Shown in pieces: positions 58,279 through 64,000 of a stretch of DNA of 64,000 bases. The notes under the pieces were generated by a model. That model was not told the origin of the DNA. It did not search any database and was given only the letters and a program-made list of their open reading frames with translations. The DNA comes from an uncultured Rikenella sp. (GTDB lineage Bacteria; Bacteroidota; Bacteroidia; Bacteroidales; VadinHA17). The stretch covers positions 2,301 to 66,300 of the forward strand of contig CAZHZC010000013.1 in assembly GCA_964537135.1 (NCBI GenBank), in the 5' to 3' direction. Position numbers and translations under genes: made by a program. How positions within the stretch are numbered: the stretch's first letter is position 1; each line of letters starts with the position of its first letter.

Positions 58279-59724
58279 ATGAGCACCATCAATTTCAGGG
58301 TACTGCTCAGGATCATAGGAGTGATACTGCTTATCACCTCAGCCTCATTCCTGCTATGCATTCCGGTAGCCCTTATCTATTCAGAACCGGCAACCCCTTT
58401 TCTTCTCTCCTCAGTGACTACGCTCATCCCCGGGATGCTGGCAATTATTCCGGGTCGCAGTAACCCTACAGAGAGGATGGGCAACAGGGAGGGTTATCTC
58501 AGTGTCACCCTGGGATGGGTGATACTGGCTCTGGCCGGCACCCTGCCCTTCCTCTTCAGCCATGAGCTAAACGGATTTGTTAACATGCTCTTTGAAAGCA
58601 TGTCAGGATTTACCACCACCGGCGCAACGATCCTCGCCGACGTTGAGAGCCTGTCACGGTCGGTACTCTTCTGGCGCAGCCTCATGCACTGGATCGGCGG
58701 CATCGGTATAATACTACTGGTAATAATTGTATTCCCCTCTCTTAAGGTGGGCGGCTATTCACTCTTTGCACTTGAGTCATCAATGAAGGAGAAGATACTG
58801 CCCCGCACCAGGTCGGTAGCCGGAGCAGTACTTATCATCTACCTGATACTGACAGTGGTACTCACCGGGTTGCTCACTGCCGGAGGGATGAGCCTCTATG
58901 ACAGTATCTGCCATGCCTTTGGTACTATTGCCACTGCGGGCTTCTCAACCCACAACAACAGTATTGCCGGCTACTCCAGTTATATACAGTATCTCCTGGG
59001 ATTCTTTATGCTGCTCTCAGCAACCAGCTTTGTCATCCTTTATCACCTCTACAAGAGGAACTTTGCAAAGGTGAAGGGTAATGAGGAGCTCTGGTTCTAC
59101 CTTATCGTCACTCTCACGGCGGTAATAGTGGTTACACTGATACTCTATAGCGATAGCAACCGTACTCTCGAGGAGGCTTTCCGGCACGCCTTTTTTCAGG
59201 TTACCGCCACCATCTCTACCACTGGCTATGCCACCTCTGACTATATGAGCTGGCCACAGACCGCGGTGGTGATCATCTTTCTGCTGATGTTTGCCGGCGG
59301 CTGTACAGGGTCAACCACCGGTGGCATCAAGATGGCGCGTCATCTGATCGTGGTCAGGAACCTGCGTAATGTTACCATTAGGCTTCAGCACCCCAGTGCA
59401 GTGATACCTGTCAGGCTGAATGGCAGGGTGGTACCAGACAACCTCAACATCCAGATGCTGCTCTTTGTGTTCCTCTTTTTTCTGATCTTCATAGCAGGCA
59501 CCCTTATCCTGCTGCTCACCGGTATCCCCTCCCTTGAGGCTGCCGGCGCCTCCGTGGCTGCTCTCTCATGTGTGGGGCCCGGCCTCGGCTCAGCTGCCAA
59601 TATGGGTAACTTCGCCCATTTCAATGATGTTGCCAAGCTGACGATGGTGTTGCTGATGATTATAGGCCGGCTGGAGCTCTTCACCTTCATCGCTCTCTTT
59701 ACCCGCGCCTTCTGGAAGAAGTGA
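58279..59724 (+). CDS. trkH: TrkH family potassium uptake protein
   Basis: FESMSGFTTTGAT, ATAGFS, STTGY, GSTTGGIK, VGPGLG, GRLE pore motifs. Confidence 0.95.
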   Translation: MSTINFRVLLRIIGVILLITSASFLLCIPVALIYSEPATPFLLSSVTTLIPGMLAIIPGRSNPTERMGNREGYLSVTLGWVILALAGTLPFLFSHELNGFVNMLFESMSGFTTTGATILADVESLSRSVLFWRSLMHWIGGIGIILLVIIVFPSLKVGGYSLFALESSMKEKILPRTRSVAGAVLIIYLILTVVLTGLLTAGGMSLYDSICHAFGTIATAGFSTHNNSIAGYSSYIQYLLGFFMLLSATSFVILYHLYKRNFAKVKGNEELWFYLIVTLTAVIVVTLILYSDSNRTLEEAFRHAFFQVTATISTTGYATSDYMSWPQTAVVIIFLLMFAGGCTGSTTGGIKMARHLIVVRNLRNVTIRLQHPSAVIPVRLNGRVVPDNLNIQMLLFVFLFFLIFIAGTLILLLTGIPSLEAAGASVAALSCVGPGLGSAANMGNFAHFNDVAKLTMVLLMIIGRLELFTFIALFTRAFWKK

Positions 59725-59841
59725 CAGTGGCAGCTGACATGCTGCGTGCACAATGTGGTGCTACGAAACTACGGTTTGAGGTTATGCATCGCCGTGCTCA
59801 ACTTCGCTTAGTCACGCATCACGGCTTATCAGTACAAATCA

Positions 59842-60489
59842 TCACCCTTCTCTCTTCTCACAACCGAGCAGTCCAAACCGCCTCTCGGCAACATTGCATA
59901 TCAGTCTGACTGTCTCATCTATACCCAGCAGTGATGAGTTGATACATAGGTGGTATGACCCTGCTGCTCCCCAATCCTTGCCGGTGAAATAGTTGTAATA
60001 GTTTGATCGCCCACGGTCGGTACGCTCTATCAGCTCCTTCGCCTTACTCTCTGTAAGACTCCTGCTACGGGCGATACGCCTTATACGGTCGTCAAGGTCT
60101 GCATTGATAAAGAGGTTAAGGCTCTCTCTCTCTTCCTTCATCACATAGTCGGCACAGCGTCCTACAAAGATAGATGCACCTTCGGCGGCGAGCTTCCTCA
60201 TAACATCACTCTGTATCTTGAAGAGTGACTCACTGCTGAGGTAGTAATTGGAAAAGAGGTCATCGGTAAGCGAAGGCCGCATACCCAGCATCCCGGGAAA
60301 GAGGCTGAAATGTTTCTGCTCGTCAACCCTCTCAAAAAACTCCTCCTTCAGTCCGCTCTGCCGGGAAGCTATCTGTATCAGCTCTTTGTCGTAAAAGGCA
60401 ATACCCAGCCTCGACGACAGTTTCTGACCTATCTCACGGCCGCCGCTACCCAGCTGTCTGCCTATTGTTATTATATAGTGAGCCGCCAT
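59842..60489 (-). CDS. Cytidylate kinase-like family protein
   Basis: ITIGRQLGSGG P-loop, YDKEL, VGRCADY, YHLCINSS. Confidence 0.88.
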   Translation of the reverse strand: MAAHYIITIGRQLGSGGREIGQKLSSRLGIAFYDKELIQIASRQSGLKEEFFERVDEQKHFSLFPGMLGMRPSLTDDLFSNYYLSSESLFKIQSDVMRKLAAEGASIFVGRCADYVMKEERESLNLFINADLDDRIRRIARSRSLTESKAKELIERTDRGRSNYYNYFTGKDWGAAGSYHLCINSSLLGIDETVRLICNVAERRFGLLGCEKREG

Positions 60490-60650
60490 ATGCCTGAATG
60501 GTTACCAACACTCAAATTTACTGTAAAATTTCATTCTATGCCGTGAACAGCTGTAAAATGCGTGCCGGCAGCACTGTTTCATGGTAGCCTGATAAATCAA
60601 AAAGTAGTACTTTAGATGCGATGTAACAAAATCTCTGTGTCGGCCTCCTC

Positions 60651-62153
60651 ATGAAGCAGCGCTATATTCTCTCACTTGATCAGGGCACTACCAGTTCAAG
60701 GGCAATACTGTTCGACCGGAACGGACGGGTGGTTACCTCGGCACGCCGCGAGTATACCCAGATCTACCCGAAGCCGGGGTGGGTTGAGCATGACCCGGAG
60801 GAGATATGGTCTTCACAGGCCTCAGTAGCTGTTGAGGCAATCACAATGGCCGGTATTGCCGGCAGTGAGATAGCTGCCGTCGGTATAGCCAACCAGCGTG
60901 AGACCACCATCTTGTGGGACAGGAGGAGTGGCAGGGCACTCTATAATGCCATTGTCTGGCAGGACAGGCGCACTGCCGGATACTGTGACCGGTTGATGGC
61001 TGAAGGTTATGGCGGGATGGTAGCTTCACGTACCGGGCTGATCATTGATGCCTACTTCTCTGCCACCAAAATACGCTGGATACTCGATCATGTGGAGGGT
61101 GCTGCCGCGCTGGCTGCCAGCGGCCACCTGGCCTTTGGTACGGTTGACACATGGCTTCTCTGGAAGATGACCGGTGGTGAGCTGCATGTCACTGATGTTA
61201 CCAACGCATCACGCACCATGCTCTTCAATATAGAGACCATGTGCTGGGACAGTGACCTGCTGGAGCTGTTCAGCATACCGGCCTCCCTCATGCCTGAGGT
61301 ACGCTCATCCAGTGAGGTGTATGGTATGACCACAGGCATCTTCCCCTCACCGATACCTGTTGCTGCCATGGCCGGTGACCAGCAGGCGGCCCTGTTTGGT
61401 CAGATGTGTATTGAAGAGGGGATGGTAAAGAATACCTATGGCACCGGCTGTTTTATGATGATGAATACCGGCAGCAGACCTATCTTCTCAGATAACAGGC
61501 TGCTGACAACAGTAGCGTGGCAGAGGGGTGGTGAGACCGTCTATGCCCTTGAGGGAAGCATCTTTATAGGGGGAGCAGTGGTGCAGTGGCTCCATGAAGG
61601 GCTGGGCATAATAGAGAGCCCGGGTGAGGCTGAGGCGCTGGCACAACACTCCTCACGGAGCGATGGCATCTATTTTGTTCCTGCCTTTGCCGGCCTGGGT
61701 GCTCCCTGGTGGAACCCGCATGCCAGGGGGATGATAACCGGACTGACCCGGGGTAGTACGGCAGCGGCCATAGCACGTGCCGCCCTGGACAGCATAGCCT
61801 ACCAGACACTTGACGTCTTGCTGGCGATGGAGAGGGACGCGCAGCTGAAGATCACTGAGCTGAGGGCTGACGGTGGCGCAGCAGTCAATGATATGCTGAT
61901 GCAGTTCCAGGCAGACCTGCTTCAGGCAGAGGTGATCAGGCCGCTGGTGACCGAGACCACTGCCCTGGGGGCAGCTTTTCTGGCCGGGCTGGCAACAGGA
62001 TTCTGGGCGGGGGAAGATGAGCTGAAAGAGCTGTGGCAGGCTGATGCCCGTTTCACCCCGTCAATGGGACCCGGCATGAGGGAGAGGCTCATCAGGGGCT
62101 GGCACCGGTCTGTAAGAGCTGCAGAGGGATGGGCTGATGGAGATAACAGTTGA
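60651..62153 (+). CDS. glpK: Glycerol kinase
   Basis: [44 protein letters not shown] motifs. Confidence 0.97.
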   Translation: MKQRYILSLDQGTTSSRAILFDRNGRVVTSARREYTQIYPKPGWVEHDPEEIWSSQASVAVEAITMAGIAGSEIAAVGIANQRETTILWDRRSGRALYNAIVWQDRRTAGYCDRLMAEGYGGMVASRTGLIIDAYFSATKIRWILDHVEGAAALAASGHLAFGTVDTWLLWKMTGGELHVTDVTNASRTMLFNIETMCWDSDLLELFSIPASLMPEVRSSSEVYGMTTGIFPSPIPVAAMAGDQQAALFGQMCIEEGMVKNTYGTGCFMMMNTGSRPIFSDNRLLTTVAWQRGGETVYALEGSIFIGGAVVQWLHEGLGIIESPGEAEALAQHSSRSDGIYFVPAFAGLGAPWWNPHARGMITGLTRGSTAAAIARAALDSIAYQTLDVLLAMERDAQLKITELRADGGAAVNDMLMQFQADLLQAEVIRPLVTETTALGAAFLAGLATGFWAGEDELKELWQADARFTPSMGPGMRERLIRGWHRSVRAAEGWADGDNS

Positions 62154-62203
62154 ATATTAACAGTAGCTGCCACCGTGAAACACTCCTCTCCATAAAACAT
62201 TTA

Positions 62204-63361
62204 ATGATGAGAAAACTGGTTCTGACTGTCGCACTGATGACACTGGTGATGAGCTCCGGCATCGTTGCACAGGATATTGACAATGCCGAGGTATATATGC
62301 TCACATGTGCTCCCGGTAATGAGAGCTATTCAATCTATGGTCATACCGCAATTCGTATCACCTTCAGCGATACCGGATATGATATGGTATATAACTGGGG
62401 TATTTTTGACTTCTCAACTCCCAACTTCGTATACCGGTTTGCAAAGGGGAAGCTTGACTATCTGCTGGGTGCCTACAGCTATGAGCGGTTCCTGGCAGAG
62501 TATGTTTACGAGGGGAGGAGTGTATGGTCACAGAAGCTCAACCTGACCGTTGCCGACAAGGCGAGACTCTTCACTCTCATCAGCGAAAACCTCAGGCCGG
62601 AGAATATCAGTTACCGCTATGACTTCTTCCATGACAACTGTGCCTCCCGGGTACGTGACATAATCTTTGCTGCAACAGGTGACTCACTGGTTATGCCTGC
62701 ACAGAGCAGCGTCAAGAGCTTCCGGCAGCTGGTTGATCCCTACCAGAAGGTGCTGCCCTGGCTCGACCTGGGAGCTGATATGCTGCTGGGCCTGCCGGCT
62801 GACCGTAAAGCTTCAGTAACAGATGAGATGTTCCTTCCTATATACCTGAGAGACAATCTGGCAGAGATCTATCTCTATCGTGATGGCACCCTGCAGCCTA
62901 TGGCTGAGCCGGTCATAACCGTCGTGGAGATGCCCCCACCGCCCGCCGGCCAGCCGCCCTGGGTGCCACATGCTGTTCTGTGGCTCCTCTTCCTTGCAGT
63001 GGCTCTTATCACCCTCTTCATTACCAACAGGAGGGTACAGACCGTCACCGACATAATAATCTTCACCCTCTACTCAGCCATTGCCCTGCTGCTGCTCTTC
63101 ACCAACCTGATCTCTGACCATGCCGCCCTCCACTTTAACCTCTTCCTTTTGGGAATAAATATTCTGATACCTTTTGTGGCGGTTATGTTACTGGCAGGCA
63201 AGAGGATCACCGGCCTGTGCCGGCTCGCCGTCATTGTCTCAGCCTCCTGGCTGCCCGTCTCACTCATTGCCGGGCAGGGAATACATGCGGCATTGATTCC
63301 GGTTGTACTGATCATAATGGTGAGACTCTGCAGGCATTGCTCCTTCAGGAGAGCACTTTAA
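62204..63361 (+). CDS. DUF4105/Lnb-like lipoprotein N-acyltransferase
   Basis: LTCAPG, YGHTAIR, YNWGIFDF, YDFFHDNCASR; C-terminal TM helices. Start set to ATG 62204. Confidence 0.8.
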   Translation: MMRKLVLTVALMTLVMSSGIVAQDIDNAEVYMLTCAPGNESYSIYGHTAIRITFSDTGYDMVYNWGIFDFSTPNFVYRFAKGKLDYLLGAYSYERFLAEYVYEGRSVWSQKLNLTVADKARLFTLISENLRPENISYRYDFFHDNCASRVRDIIFAATGDSLVMPAQSSVKSFRQLVDPYQKVLPWLDLGADMLLGLPADRKASVTDEMFLPIYLRDNLAEIYLYRDGTLQPMAEPVITVVEMPPPPAGQPPWVPHAVLWLLFLAVALITLFITNRRVQTVTDIIIFTLYSAIALLLLFTNLISDHAALHFNLFLLGINILIPFVAVMLLAGKRITGLCRLAVIVSASWLPVSLIAGQGIHAALIPVVLIIMVRLCRHCSFRRAL

Positions 63362-63397
63362 CACTTATTTAACATCCTTTAACAAGGAATTTTAATA
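63357..63397 (+). promoter_or_regulatory. Phased TTTAACA direct repeats, candidate regulator sites upstream of moxR
   Basis: TTTAACA at 63357, 63368, 63378 and TTTAATA at 63391. Confidence 0.4.
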
Positions 63398-63514
63398 TCA
63401 GAAATGATCTTTGCGCCAGCGCCAGCCACTCTGTAAGCAACACCAGGGCACCGGCAGCCATGGGGCGGACAGTGTCTGGCTTTCTGCCAGATTGTCTATT
63501 ATAAAACAACATAT

Positions 63515-64000
63515 ATGGAACACACTACCGATATTCGGCAACTGAACGAAAAGATTGAACGGGAGAGCGCATTTGTAGATCTGATCAGACAGGAGACAGG
63601 CAAGGTTATCATAGGCCAGCGTCACCTCACCGACTCACTGCTTATCGGGCTGCTCTCCAACGGGCATATACTGCTCGAAGGTGTCCCCGGACTGGCAAAG
63701 ACACTGGCTATCAAGACACTGGCCTCCTCCATCGATACCCGCTTCAGCAGGATACAGTTCACTCCCGACCTGCTGCCTGCTGACCTGGTAGGTACAATGA
63801 TCTACAGCCAGAAGAGGGAGGAGTTTGTGGTACGTAAGGGACCTCTCTTCGCCAACTTCATACTTGCTGACGAGATAAACCGCTCACCGGCGAAGGTACA
63901 GAGTGCACTGCTCGAGGCGATGCAGGAGCGGCAGGTGACGATAGGCGACAACAGCTATCTGCTGGATGAGCCCTTCATGGTTCTGGCGACACAAAACCCG
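63515..64000 (+). CDS. moxR: MoxR family AAA+ ATPase, 5' part, truncated by the window edge
   Basis: Hand translation: [51 protein letters not shown]. Confidence 0.95.
   Translation, partial: MEHTTDIRQLNEKIERESAFVDLIRQETGKVIIGQRHLTDSLLIGLLSNGHILLEGVPGLAKTLAIKTLASSIDTRFSRIQFTPDLLPADLVGTMIYSQKREEFVVRKGPLFANFILADEINRSPAKVQSALLEAMQERQVTIGDNSYLLDEPFMVLATQNP

Noticed and set aside
58095-58280. tRNA-Arg as an integration site for an island
   Set aside because: No integrase and no duplicated tRNA 3' end seen in the window.
1-64000. CRISPR array or cas genes explaining the CHAT protease
   Set aside because: No repeat-spacer array or cas gene seen; the short repeats are tandem, without unique spacers.

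Overview
Mostly housekeeping chromosome from a Bacteroidota bacterium, probably Bacteroidales. Lineage evidence: repeated TAnnTTTG -7 promoter boxes, the zapA-6S-rny order, a T9SS-type C-terminal domain, and GH92, DUF349 and DUF4105 genes. About 45 genes, one tRNA-Arg(TCT) and a probable 6S RNA; no CRISPR array, transposase or integrase seen. The most notable region is 23.3-31.9 kb. It holds a 48-aa double-glycine-leader peptide gene that the ORF track missed (25513..25659, minus), a C39-peptidase ABC exporter, a membrane-anchored TPR-CHAT (caspase-like) protease with an intact His-Cys dyad, a single-pass TPR protein with anti-sigma topology, an ECF sigma factor and a sensorless histidine kinase with a degenerate ATP lid. 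My inference is a peptide-triggered CHAT protease/anti-sigma/ECF signalling circuit; nothing here proves that function. Other leads: a highly structured ~190-nt candidate RNA upstream of a bioG-like gene, tandem LeuC-LeuD fusion hydro-lyases (one with altered catalytic motifs), a PNGase-like transglutaminase next to a GH92 mannosidase, and many short tandem-repeat expansions. All calls come from motifs and context read by eye, with no database searches.
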